Source of the DNA: an uncultured Methanosarcinales archaeon
GTDB lineage: Archaea; Nanobdellota; Nanobdellia; Woesearchaeales; CAYSVS01
Reading direction: 5' to 3'
DNA: 64,000 bases
Assembly (NCBI GenBank): GCA_964479425.1
Contig: CAYZMD010000001.1
Coordinates: forward strand, 936-64,935
Below, one piece after another: positions 39,697-48,478 of this stretch (the first letter of the stretch is position 1; every line of letters starts with the position of its first letter). Made by a program: the position numbers and the translations under genes. The notes under the pieces are model-generated. The model saw only the letters and a program-made list of their open reading frames with translations. It was not told the origin of the DNA and did not search any database.

Positions 39697-40080
39697 TTAT
39701 TTAACACTCACTGATGAACTTGATTTTGTTGCACCTACCCCAGGTGAGCTATGTGCAATTCTTTTTCTTGTTAAAGCGAATTCTCCAAGGAAATGTCCAA
39801 TCATTTCAGGCATAATTTTTACTTGTCTAAATTCTTTTCCAGTATGAATTCTAAAAGTTAGATCAATCATATTAGGTAATATAATTAAATCTCTGCAATG
39901 TGTTTTAATATCTGTTTTTCCTTTTTCAATGGCTGAAATAACTACTTTTTGAGCTTCAGTAAATCCTCTTTTGATAGTTCTCCTTGTTCTTGATGGAGCA
40001 ATCTCTGCGAACTCGTTTGGACTCATTTTCTTTAATTCCTCTTCGCTGAAACCTTTGTATGTGAATTCTTTTTTAGCCAT
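39697..40080 (-). CDS. rps19: Ribosomal protein uS19
   Basis: KIMPEMIGHFLGEFALTRK. Confidence 0.85.
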   Translation of the reverse strand: MAKKEFTYKGFSEEELKKMSPNEFAEIAPSRTRRTIKRGFTEAQKVVISAIEKGKTDIKTHCRDLIILPNMIDLTFRIHTGKEFRQVKIMPEMIGHFLGEFALTRKRIAHSSPGVGATKSSSSVSVK

Positions 40081-40084
40081 TTTT

Positions 40085-40813
40085 TCACCTAATAATTATT
40101 CTCTTTCTTTGACCAGTTCTTCTAGCTCCAACCTGTCCTACTTTTCTTCCAGGTGGTGCATTTTTAGATATTGGTTTTGATTTAGTTTTTCTTGATGACC
40201 TAGCACAACCAAACGGATGGTCAACAGCGTTCATTGCTGTTGCTGATACTTTAGGCCATAATTTATTTCTTGCTTTGTTTTTATAATAAGCATTACCTGC
40301 TTTTAGTAATGGTTTATCAAGTCTACCGCCTGCAGAAAGCACTCCAATAGTTGCTCTACAGTTAGCACTAAATTGTTTATGTCTTTTTGATGGCATTTCT
40401 ACAATAATTTTATTACCTGTTTTGCTTACAACTCTTGCAGAACATCCGGAACTTCTTACGAATTTTCCGCCATCTCCTAGATTTTGTTCAATATTATAAA
40501 TAGTAGTTCCTTCAGGAATCGCGCCTAAGCTAAGTGTATTGCCAATTGTAGGTTTTGCACTATCTCCTGAAAACACTTTATCTCCGATTGCTACTCCTTC
40601 TGCAGATAAAGATAAGACCTCTTCGCCATCATCATATTTAATTTTCATTAATGGAACTGAATGTCCTTGGCAATGTATTAGTTCTACAATTGTTCCTTCC
40701 CGTAAATTCTCTGATATTTTGTTATGGGTTGCTGCTCCTTTATATCTAAAGCTAGGTGCTCTATATGTAGGTCCGCCTTTTCCTCTTGCTTGTGAAATTA
40801 TATTTTTACCCAT
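40085..40813 (-). CDS. rpl2: Ribosomal protein uL2
   Basis: GGRLDKPLLKAGNAYYK ... VDHPFGCA. Confidence 0.9.
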   Translation of the reverse strand: MGKNIISQARGKGGPTYRAPSFRYKGAATHNKISENLREGTIVELIHCQGHSVPLMKIKYDDGEEVLSLSAEGVAIGDKVFSGDSAKPTIGNTLSLGAIPEGTTIYNIEQNLGDGGKFVRSSGCSARVVSKTGNKIIVEMPSKRHKQFSANCRATIGVLSAGGRLDKPLLKAGNAYYKNKARNKLWPKVSATAMNAVDHPFGCARSSRKTKSKPISKNAPPGRKVGQVGARRTGQRKRIIIR

Positions 40814-41074
40814 TTACATCAAACCCATTTTAGTTGCAACGTCAATTGCAGGTGTATCAGCTGAAAGCTTAACATATGCCTTTTTGTTGCCTTTTCTATC
40901 AATATAAGTGTTAACTTTTTCTACTTTTACTTTGAATAATTCTTCAACTGCTTTTTTTACATCTTGTTTCTTTGACGCTTTTGTAATTACAAAAACTAAT
41001 TTATTCTCAGCTTCCATAAGCCTGATGGCTTTTTCTGTTGATATCGGATATTTTACTACGTCCATTTTAATCAC
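40814..41074 (-). CDS. rpl23: Ribosomal protein uL23
   Basis: ISTEKAIRLMEAENKLVFVI. Confidence 0.85.
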   Translation of the reverse strand: MIKMDVVKYPISTEKAIRLMEAENKLVFVITKASKKQDVKKAVEELFKVKVEKVNTYIDRKGNKKAYVKLSADTPAIDVATKMGLM

Positions 41075-41877
41075 ATGAATAATTTATCTTTATTAAGCGC
41101 TTCAATTGCACTTTTTGTAAATAAACTTATTCTACCCATATCTGCACCTGGTGCAAGTAATTCAGCATTAAGTTCTTTTACTGTGACGATGTCTGTGCCT
41201 GCAATGTTTTTTGCGCTTTTTGTTAATTCGCATTTATCTTTTACGACTAATAATATGCCTTTTTTTCTTTTATATTTTCTAGATCTTGCTTTTCCTTTTC
41301 CTGCTCTTACTTTTTTCTCTTCTGATCTTATTAATTCGTTTGCAAAACCTAGTTCTGTTAAAATATCACTAACTTCTTTAGTCTTTTTTATTTTTTCAAA
41401 ATCGTCATCAATAATAAATGGATAATTTTCAGGGACATTGTGTCCTCTTTCTTCTACCATTTCTTTTATCATTACAGCAGCTAAAGCGCTTCTAATAGCT
41501 TTTCTGTTTTCTTTTTTATTTATTTTTTGGCCCCATTTCTTCTCTGCTTTAGGTCCGTGAGCTCTTCTTCCGCCTCTAGTACCAGATATCTTTGCTCCTA
41601 CCCAGTTCATCCTTGTTCCTCTTCTACTCATTACTTTTCTTGGAACTCTAGATATACCTTGACCATAACATCCTCTGTAATCTCTTCTTCTTTTTGAAAC
41701 TCTTGCTGAATGTTTTAATCCTGCTCTAGAATCTACTCCATATGCTTGTCTATTATTAGCGTGTAATGCAAGGACTGCTCTTTTAACAATATCTTGTCTT
41801 ATTTCTTCATTAAATTGTACTGGTAACTCAATGCTTCCATTTTCCTTGTTTTCTTTATTAATTATTTTGAGCATCAT
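41071..41877 (-). CDS. rpl4: Ribosomal protein uL4
   Basis: Order; GQGISRVPRKVMSRRGTRMNWVGA. Confidence 0.85.
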   Translation of the reverse strand: MMLKIINKENKENGSIELPVQFNEEIRQDIVKRAVLALHANNRQAYGVDSRAGLKHSARVSKRRRDYRGCYGQGISRVPRKVMSRRGTRMNWVGAKISGTRGGRRAHGPKAEKKWGQKINKKENRKAIRSALAAVMIKEMVEERGHNVPENYPFIIDDDFEKIKKTKEVSDILTELGFANELIRSEEKKVRAGKGKARSRKYKRKKGILLVVKDKCELTKSAKNIAGTDIVTVKELNAELLAPGADMGRISLFTKSAIEALNKDKLFM

Positions 41878-41878
41878 T

Positions 41879-42847
41879 TTATAATCCTTCCAAATGAGTG
41901 TAGTTTATTTCAGGTGCTTGTGTAGGCACTTTTTTGCTAGGTCTGATTGAATGATTGAATCTTATGATTCTTTTTCTTGGACCAGGCACACTACCTTTAA
42001 CTAATATATAACTATTTTTAACAACACCAAATCTTTTAATTCCTGCTTTAGATTTAACTTCTTCAGGATTATCGCTAATTTTAATTATTTGATGATTATA
42101 ATGTGTTCTTAGATAATATCCTTCTTTTCCAGCATTAGGATTTCTCCACATTGTTTGATTTTCTCTATTCCAAGCTCCTGCTGGGGACGCTGTTCTCTTT
42201 CCTTTCTCGGATTTATGCTGTTTAATAGAAACACCAAATCTTTTTACAACACCACAGAAACCTTTTCCTGTAGTTACGCCGTGTAGGTCAACTTGCTGTC
42301 CTTCTTTGAATATATCTTTAACTGTAATTTCTTTACCTAACATTTCTTCTGCATATTTTGCTTTTTCATCTTTACTTCCGCCAATCGCCAATTCAAAGAT
42401 ATCTGGTATTTTTTTACCGATACCTGTTAATTTAGGTTGTGTATATACTATAAGATGAATATTGTCAAAGTCAATATCTTTAGAATCTTGTTTTTTCTTT
42501 GGTTTAGTTACTTTTTTTAGAATATCTTTGTCTAGGTTTTCAGCAAGTTTATCATGAACCGCCTTTATACCATAACTAGTTGTTTTATAGTATCTTATTG
42601 CCATAACTTTCATTGGTGGGCATTCAATTACCGTAACTGGAATTTGAATGTCTTGACCTTTTGTTAATGTTTTAGCTCTATTATCTGTAACTATTAGATG
42701 CATCATTCCTGCTTTGTATCCAGCAAATCCTAGTGCAACTGGTTCTTTAATATCGGCCCAAGCTCTAACTAGTGCTGTCTGTTTCTTGGCTCTTCTTCTT
42801 GGCCAAAATTGCATTGTTCCAAATCTCGGATTTTTTCTTGTAGGCAT
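41879..42847 (-). CDS. rpl3: Ribosomal protein uL3
   Basis: HLIVTDNRAKTLTKGQ ... GKGFCGVVKRFG ... WNRENQTMWRNPNAGKEGYY. Confidence 0.9.
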   Translation of the reverse strand: MPTRKNPRFGTMQFWPRRRAKKQTALVRAWADIKEPVALGFAGYKAGMMHLIVTDNRAKTLTKGQDIQIPVTVIECPPMKVMAIRYYKTTSYGIKAVHDKLAENLDKDILKKVTKPKKKQDSKDIDFDNIHLIVYTQPKLTGIGKKIPDIFELAIGGSKDEKAKYAEEMLGKEITVKDIFKEGQQVDLHGVTTGKGFCGVVKRFGVSIKQHKSEKGKRTASPAGAWNRENQTMWRNPNAGKEGYYLRTHYNHQIIKISDNPEEVKSKAGIKRFGVVKNSYILVKGSVPGPRKRIIRFNHSIRPSKKVPTQAPEINYTHLEGL

Positions 42848-42879
42848 GTTTTATCCTCAAATTAACCTATTATGTAAGC

Positions 42880-42935
42880 TTTTCGTTAGAAACAGTTTTA
42901 TTTATCAAAACTGTACTGAAAAAGCTTTTTTCAGG
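42880..42935 (-). promoter_or_regulatory. Two adjacent hairpins in the 5' leader region of the rpl3 operon
   Basis: AACAGTTTTatttatcAAAACTGT and CTGAAAAAGCTTTTTCAG perfect palindromes, 35-90 nt upstream of the rpl3 ATG. Confidence 0.3.
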
Positions 42936-43138
42936 CTGTTTATGACGGGAATTTAATTGAATTAAATACCCTTCTTTCTCTTTTTTTACATAGAAATTAT
43001 GGGGCATTTATAAAGCTTACTGTTTCTTACACTAAACCTCGAGTATTAATGAGATTGTATGTGTCTTTAGGTATATTCTCAACATTTAAATATTACTTCT
43101 TTATCTTTTTGTTAGATTTTAATATATGAGGTATCAAG

Positions 43139-43825
43139 ATGGATGAAATTGTTATTAGGCTAAGGCCAAAGCATGTCGAGAGATTAATATTTATCGTAGT
43201 TATTTTATTGTTACTTGGTGTAGTTTTTTGGCAAAGAGGATTAACACCATTTTCAACAGAAACAAAAACAACTGCCTCAGCAGTTGCTGAAGAAGTAAAG
43301 GCTGCAGATACTGTCGCAACAAAAACAGAAGTCGCGACTGAAGAAGCAGTAGAATCTCTTGTTAAAGAAGACCCCGAGAAAATAGAAGATCCCGTTGTAG
43401 AGGAGCCTATTGTAGAAGCAGAAGAAGAAATAGTAGCTGAAGAGGTAATTGATAACACACCTAAAGCAACTTCAGGTAAGAGAACTTTTACTATTACTGA
43501 TATTGAAACTACAATTAAAGGTGAGGATTGGGCAAAATTAAACACTTTTAATTTAAAGATTGAAAATGGTTTGTCTGGAATTAATATTACTTATAAAGTA
43601 TATATCTATAATTCAGGAGATACTGCTTCTGATAATCCTTTTGAAACTGTAATTCTAAGACAGATTGAAGATGGAGAAATTTATGATGAAGTACAAAAGA
43701 TTGCAGAGAAGGTGCACGGAGAAAGTTTCAATGAAATTGATGAAGACAAGAAATTAAAGGTTGTCTTTGAAAATTCTGCAGGAAATACTTTAGAAACCAT
43801 AGTCATGAATTTTAAAGCATCTTAA
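43139..43825 (+). CDS. Membrane-anchored acidic extracytoplasmic protein, unknown function
   Basis: N-terminal TM LIFIVVILLLLGVVFW, then an acidic Ala/Glu/Thr-rich linker and a ~130-aa C-domain. Confidence 0.5.
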   Translation: MDEIVIRLRPKHVERLIFIVVILLLLGVVFWQRGLTPFSTETKTTASAVAEEVKAADTVATKTEVATEEAVESLVKEDPEKIEDPVVEEPIVEAEEEIVAEEVIDNTPKATSGKRTFTITDIETTIKGEDWAKLNTFNLKIENGLSGINITYKVYIYNSGDTASDNPFETVILRQIEDGEIYDEVQKIAEKVHGESFNEIDEDKKLKVVFENSAGNTLETIVMNFKAS

Positions 43826-43841
43826 TTTTTTTTATTTTTTT

Positions 43842-45191
43842 TTAATTATATTCTATTTCGTATTTTTCATCTGGATTTTTCTGTTTCTTAGTTTTCTTCT
43901 TATCTCCTGAAAAAAAAGTTTTTCTTCTAGAATATTGTAAAGGATTTCTTACTTTATTACATAAATTATCTGGAGAACAAACCTGTAAATCTTTATAGAA
44001 TGTAGAAGTACAATTGTGAGGTAAAACTCTCTTTTTATTTTGTTTATGATATCTTATTTGTCCTTTTATCATTACTTCTCTTAATGGTTCGGGATTAGCT
44101 TTATTCCATTCTACTAACCTTTTTTCAATCATTTCATGACTCCATCCAGAGGATGCCATAAAATTAACTAAACAAAATAAAGCCCTTTTCCTTCCATCTG
44201 CAAGTCCTTCTAACATTTTTTTAATGCAAGGTGGAAATAAATCTTCAATAATTGCTTCTTCTGGAATTTCGTACTCCTTTTTGTCTTCTACAATTTGTTT
44301 ATATTCGTCCTCTATTTGCGGTTCAAAATCATATGCCTGAACAAATAAATTCTTAGCTTCTCCCTCAATTGCACTTTCTCTGTCTAAAAACTTTATTGAA
44401 AAATCATTCACATTCTCAGGCTTTGCTTGTTTCTTACTAAAACTTAGTATTTTATCTAATTCCACAGGAATGCTGACTAGTCCAGATTTTTCATTAAATG
44501 AATAGTTATGTCTAAGTAAATGCCTTGAAGAAATTAGAATAGTATCAATTTCTAATACTAAGAAAGGATCAAACTCTCCTTTATCCATTATTTCATCTAT
44601 TCCGCTCTTTTCTTTTATTGTTTCAAAAGAGTCCTTGATCATCATTTTTTTAAGATGCCCTCTAATCATATCTTTAAGGTAGGCAGCAATTCTTCTTGGA
44701 GCTTCAGGAAATAATTTTCTTATTTCTTGATTACTAACTGTTTTAGGAAATGCTTCAAATGGCACGGCAATATGGTATCCATGATTTCCAGAAAATTTCA
44801 CACTGACAGAATCTATACCATGATGTTTTAGTGCATGCACTAGTAGGTGTGCTGCCATTCCGCTATATCCCAAATCTTTACAGTCAATATCAAGTATTAA
44901 ATCCCATCCACTTCTTAATGTTTCTATCTCATTCTTTTTCATTAGTGGATCAATAGCAAGAGGGTTATTCCAAGTCTCTTCAGAAAAATGAAAGGAAGTT
45001 ATGCCTTGTTTTACTAATTCAAGAATATCTCCTTCATACATGATTGTATCTGGTCTTCTTGCATAGCCTTTTCCGCCATAGCTACCAACAACTTCTTTAT
45101 TCTGGCTAATTCTAACTATCTCTTTTTGAACTTCCTTTCTAGAATAATGTTTGAGTACAATATTTTTATCAATCTCAATCATGTCAGCCAT
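43842..45191 (-). CDS. priS: DNA primase catalytic subunit PriS fused to a PriL-like C-terminal (Fe-S) domain
   Basis: AEP motifs LILDIDCKD (DxD) and SGNHGYHIAV. The C-terminal LFPPCIKKMLEGL ... CLVNF ... C ... C resembles the PriL-CTD FPPCM region. ATG at 45191 (MADMIEID). Confidence 0.7.
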   Translation of the reverse strand: MADMIEIDKNIVLKHYSRKEVQKEIVRISQNKEVVGSYGGKGYARRPDTIMYEGDILELVKQGITSFHFSEETWNNPLAIDPLMKKNEIETLRSGWDLILDIDCKDLGYSGMAAHLLVHALKHHGIDSVSVKFSGNHGYHIAVPFEAFPKTVSNQEIRKLFPEAPRRIAAYLKDMIRGHLKKMMIKDSFETIKEKSGIDEIMDKGEFDPFLVLEIDTILISSRHLLRHNYSFNEKSGLVSIPVELDKILSFSKKQAKPENVNDFSIKFLDRESAIEGEAKNLFVQAYDFEPQIEDEYKQIVEDKKEYEIPEEAIIEDLFPPCIKKMLEGLADGRKRALFCLVNFMASSGWSHEMIEKRLVEWNKANPEPLREVMIKGQIRYHKQNKKRVLPHNCTSTFYKDLQVCSPDNLCNKVRNPLQYSRRKTFFSGDKKKTKKQKNPDEKYEIEYN

Positions 45192-45299
45192 ATGTTTTTT
45201 AATTTTTAGCAATCTTATATAGTTTGTTATAATACAAACAATAATTAATGAAAAGTAAATTCTTAGCAAATATAGTATTATAATAGTATTATAAGAGTT

Positions 45300-47516
45300 T
45301 TAATTAACATACATCTCATCAAATATCTGTTTTAGGTTCTTTGCTTTAATTGTTCCAATTTTATCTATCTTTTTTAATTCTTCAACATCAGCATTAACAA
45401 TATTCTTTACACTACCAAGCTGTTCTAATAGGGGTTTTGCTAGCGTCATTCCAATTCCAGGAAGGCTACTTATCAAATATTCTTGTTGCTCTTTGAAACT
45501 TTTTGGTTTCATGCTTCCGTGTGGAGTGAAAGCATTTCCATCTTCTTTTTGTTCTCTTTTAGCAATCATTGCGAGCATTGCAGCGCTCTCTTTAAAATCT
45601 TTAGTGAATAATATAGGTATACCATAACTCACAGTTATTGTCGCTAATAAGCCCCTAATCGCATTCGGGTGTATGTTTTTAATTCCATATATATCTTGTT
45701 TTCCTTCAATTAAAATAATCGGTCTAGAAAAGTTTTGTTTAAGACTTTTTATCTGTTCCATAATCCGTCCATCAAGGAGACTATTTACAAAATCTTCTTG
45801 ATTTTTGTATTCAATAGCGCACCTATTGCTCAGGACATAATCTCCTACATCTAATTTTTCTAATTTAATTTCGCAACCATTTTCTATTAAATTCTTAATT
45901 ATTGCATTTCCTTTTTCTCTATAATCAACATGAATTTTAATTTTGTCATACAAATATTTGTTAAGATTACTCTGTTCTTTATTCTCAGTCCTAAACTTTT
46001 TTCTCTTGAAATTATTTTTTAATAATTCTAAATTTCTATACATCCTATTTATTTTATGATGAGCACTCCATCTATATGCTTCATCTCTTGTGCCTTGTGC
46101 AAGTAGGATTAACACTCTGCCCTTATCGAGCCTTCCAGTCCTTCCTTTTCTTTGAATTGTTCTAACAGCGCTAGGGATTGGCTCAAAGAATACGACTAAG
46201 TCAACTTGTGGAATATCAAGACCCTCTTCTCCCACACTTGAACTTACTAAAACATTGAATTTTTTATTTCGAAATCTATCAAGCATTTCAATTTGTTTTT
46301 TTTGTGATAATCCAGACCCATTTCTTTTAGCTTGTCCTACAAATAATTCTGCATTAATATTATCTATAGAATTCATTTCCTCGACTATTCTTTTTGCATT
46401 ATCTCTATATTGGTTGAAAACAATTATTTTTGTTTCTGGATTTTTTTTATATTCTTGTTCAATTATTTTTCTTAATTCGCTAAGCTTAGGATGCTCTATG
46501 TCTTTATCATACAATGCTTTAGTTTTAATTAAAGCACTTCTAAAATTAAGATCTTTTGCTAAATTAATTGTTGCTTTTGTTTTTGTCGTATAACTTTCTC
46601 TTTGAATTTTATCTAAGTATTGATATAGTGCATAAATCCCTTGCGTTTCTAATAATTCAAGACCATGATGCACTTTCATAATCTCTGCTAGTAAACTTAT
46701 CGTCCTCAATATTTCTATACTTTTATTCCCAGACATTATCTCTTTTTTAACTTGCGCTTGCATGCCAAGCAAGTCTCTTTTAGAACTTTCGAGTACAATA
46801 TTACTAATAACTCCCATCTCTTTTATATCGCCAATTTTAGTCCTAATACAATCTTTCAAATACTTTTGAATTTCTTTGAATAGCGGTGGAAGTTGAACTT
46901 TTACCCACTCAACTTTTACATCTTGGACATATGGTTTTACGTCTGGATCTTTGTCTGTTCTTATTTCAATCTCGTCTATATATAAATTTTGACAGACTTC
47001 ATTAATCACATCTAAATCGCTACCAGGAGAAGCAGTTAGTGCTAAAATTCGAGGATATCTAGCTTTTTCATTGTATTGTTTACTTATCCAAACATATGAA
47101 TATTCTTTAACAGCTCTATGTGCTTCATCAAATACCATTAAGCTAACATCATCCAATTTTATTCTATTTCCTATAATATCATTTTCAAGCCCTTGAGGAG
47201 TCGTTGCAATTATCTGTTTTTCTTTCCATAACTCTTGCCTTTTTTCTGGACTTATGCTGCCAGTAAACATTGCAATTTTATTATCATCAATAGTGGTCTT
47301 CGCAATAAAAACTTGCATTATTTGTTCAACTAGAGGTTTAGTTGGTGCAAGAATTAGAACTTTTGAATTAGGGTATTGTTTTAATCTTTGTATTGCGAGC
47401 ATTAAAGCAATCGCAGTTTTACCCATTCCAGTCGGGAGAACAACTAATGTATTATGGTTAACAGTTGTCCCAAATATTGTTTCTTGGTAAAGTCTTGGTT
47501 CAAATTCTCTTAGCAT
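45300..47516 (-). CDS. hef: Hef helicase-associated ERCC4 (XPF-family) nuclease
   Basis: SF2 helicase core (LPTGMGKT, DEAH-like FDEAH, QRKGRTGR), an ERCC4 nuclease domain (DYREKGNAIIKNL ... GDYVLSNRCAIEYKNQEDF), and a C-terminal HhH2. Confidence 0.8.
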   Translation of the reverse strand: MLREFEPRLYQETIFGTTVNHNTLVVLPTGMGKTAIALMLAIQRLKQYPNSKVLILAPTKPLVEQIMQVFIAKTTIDDNKIAMFTGSISPEKRQELWKEKQIIATTPQGLENDIIGNRIKLDDVSLMVFDEAHRAVKEYSYVWISKQYNEKARYPRILALTASPGSDLDVINEVCQNLYIDEIEIRTDKDPDVKPYVQDVKVEWVKVQLPPLFKEIQKYLKDCIRTKIGDIKEMGVISNIVLESSKRDLLGMQAQVKKEIMSGNKSIEILRTISLLAEIMKVHHGLELLETQGIYALYQYLDKIQRESYTTKTKATINLAKDLNFRSALIKTKALYDKDIEHPKLSELRKIIEQEYKKNPETKIIVFNQYRDNAKRIVEEMNSIDNINAELFVGQAKRNGSGLSQKKQIEMLDRFRNKKFNVLVSSSVGEEGLDIPQVDLVVFFEPIPSAVRTIQRKGRTGRLDKGRVLILLAQGTRDEAYRWSAHHKINRMYRNLELLKNNFKRKKFRTENKEQSNLNKYLYDKIKIHVDYREKGNAIIKNLIENGCEIKLEKLDVGDYVLSNRCAIEYKNQEDFVNSLLDGRIMEQIKSLKQNFSRPIILIEGKQDIYGIKNIHPNAIRGLLATITVSYGIPILFTKDFKESAAMLAMIAKREQKEDGNAFTPHGSMKPKSFKEQQEYLISSLPGIGMTLAKPLLEQLGSVKNIVNADVEELKKIDKIGTIKAKNLKQIFDEMYVN

Positions 47517-47544
47517 AAATTATAACAGGATAAAAGTCCTTTAA

Positions 47545-47640
47545 ATAGCTTACGCGTACCTGTCCAGTGTGTCCAGTGCTCTAAAAGAGAAACTGGACGC
47601 CAGGAACGATAGTGACAGGATGTCCAGTGCCGTTTTATCA
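47545..47640. other. GC-rich intergenic island with three copies of TGTCCAGTG (candidate operator array or small RNA)
   Basis: tgtccagtg at 47561-47569, 47570-47578 (tandem) and 47611-47619. Inverted copy ctggac at 47594-47599. Sits between the divergent hef and HIT genes. Confidence 0.3.
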
Positions 47641-47707
47641 TTATTTGATATAGAATTGTTCAACAAAAAGCAAAAAGGCTTATAAGTTATTATGACCTAT
47701 CTGATTT

Positions 47708-48478
47708 ATGAATAGGAATAGTATCAATGAAGGATGTGTTCTTTGTGATGGAATATCTAATGACTTTTTAAGTATGAATAAAACATATCCGAACTTGACT
47801 GATTCTCCTGTCCTTTTTAGAACAGACAATTATGTTATAATTCCGGATAAATATCCTTTGGGTGAGGGCCATGTACTTGTTGTACCTAAAAAACATGTAA
47901 ATTCTTTTGCAGAATTTGATAGCGAAGAATCTTTAGAAATTGGATTTATTTATGATAAGCTTCGGCAAATTACAAATGCTGATTCTTTTTTAATCTTTGA
48001 ACATGGAACTAGCAAACTTGAACAAGCTACAACTGATCCGAAGATAAAGTCTATTTTTCATGCTCATTTGCAATTTATTCCAAATTTGGGGTGTACTTAT
48101 GAAGGTTTAGAGGATTTTTTTGGAGTAAAGGATGTTCAACTATTAGATGAGTTAGGCAAATCTAGATCTTTGGAGGAATATAGACAAGATTATGTAGGAA
48201 ATGGTGAGATTGTAAATTTTCTTAGAAAGAATACAGCTTATGATGATGAATCTATAAATTCTATAGCATCTTACCTGTATATAAGGACATCAGATGATAA
48301 TCAATTTTTCTTTCCAGAACATTTAATCACTCCAAAATTGCCATCGCAATTTTTACGAGAAGCTTTATCGGATGTTAGTAATACTCCAGAATGGAATTGG
48401 AAGATTGCTATGACTGATGAAGGGTTAGCGAAGTATTTTGATAGAATCATTAGAACAATTGATTTATTTAAAAAATGA
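47708..48478 (+). CDS. HIT-superfamily protein, GalT-branch-like (HxHxQ), putative nucleotidyl-transferase/Ap4A phosphorylase-like
   Basis: GHVLVVPKKHV substrate-loop motif and FHAHLQFIP (H-x-H-x-Q). 256 aa, larger than Hint-type HIT proteins. N-terminal CVLCD. Confidence 0.55.
   Translation: MNRNSINEGCVLCDGISNDFLSMNKTYPNLTDSPVLFRTDNYVIIPDKYPLGEGHVLVVPKKHVNSFAEFDSEESLEIGFIYDKLRQITNADSFLIFEHGTSKLEQATTDPKIKSIFHAHLQFIPNLGCTYEGLEDFFGVKDVQLLDELGKSRSLEEYRQDYVGNGEIVNFLRKNTAYDDESINSIASYLYIRTSDDNQFFFPEHLITPKLPSQFLREALSDVSNTPEWNWKIAMTDEGLAKYFDRIIRTIDLFKK

Noticed and set aside
43093-43545. Minus-strand 150-aa Ser/Thr-rich ORF overlapping 43139..43825.
   Set aside because: Low-complexity antisense shadow. 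The plus-strand ORF has a clean TM anchor and start context, so I kept that one.
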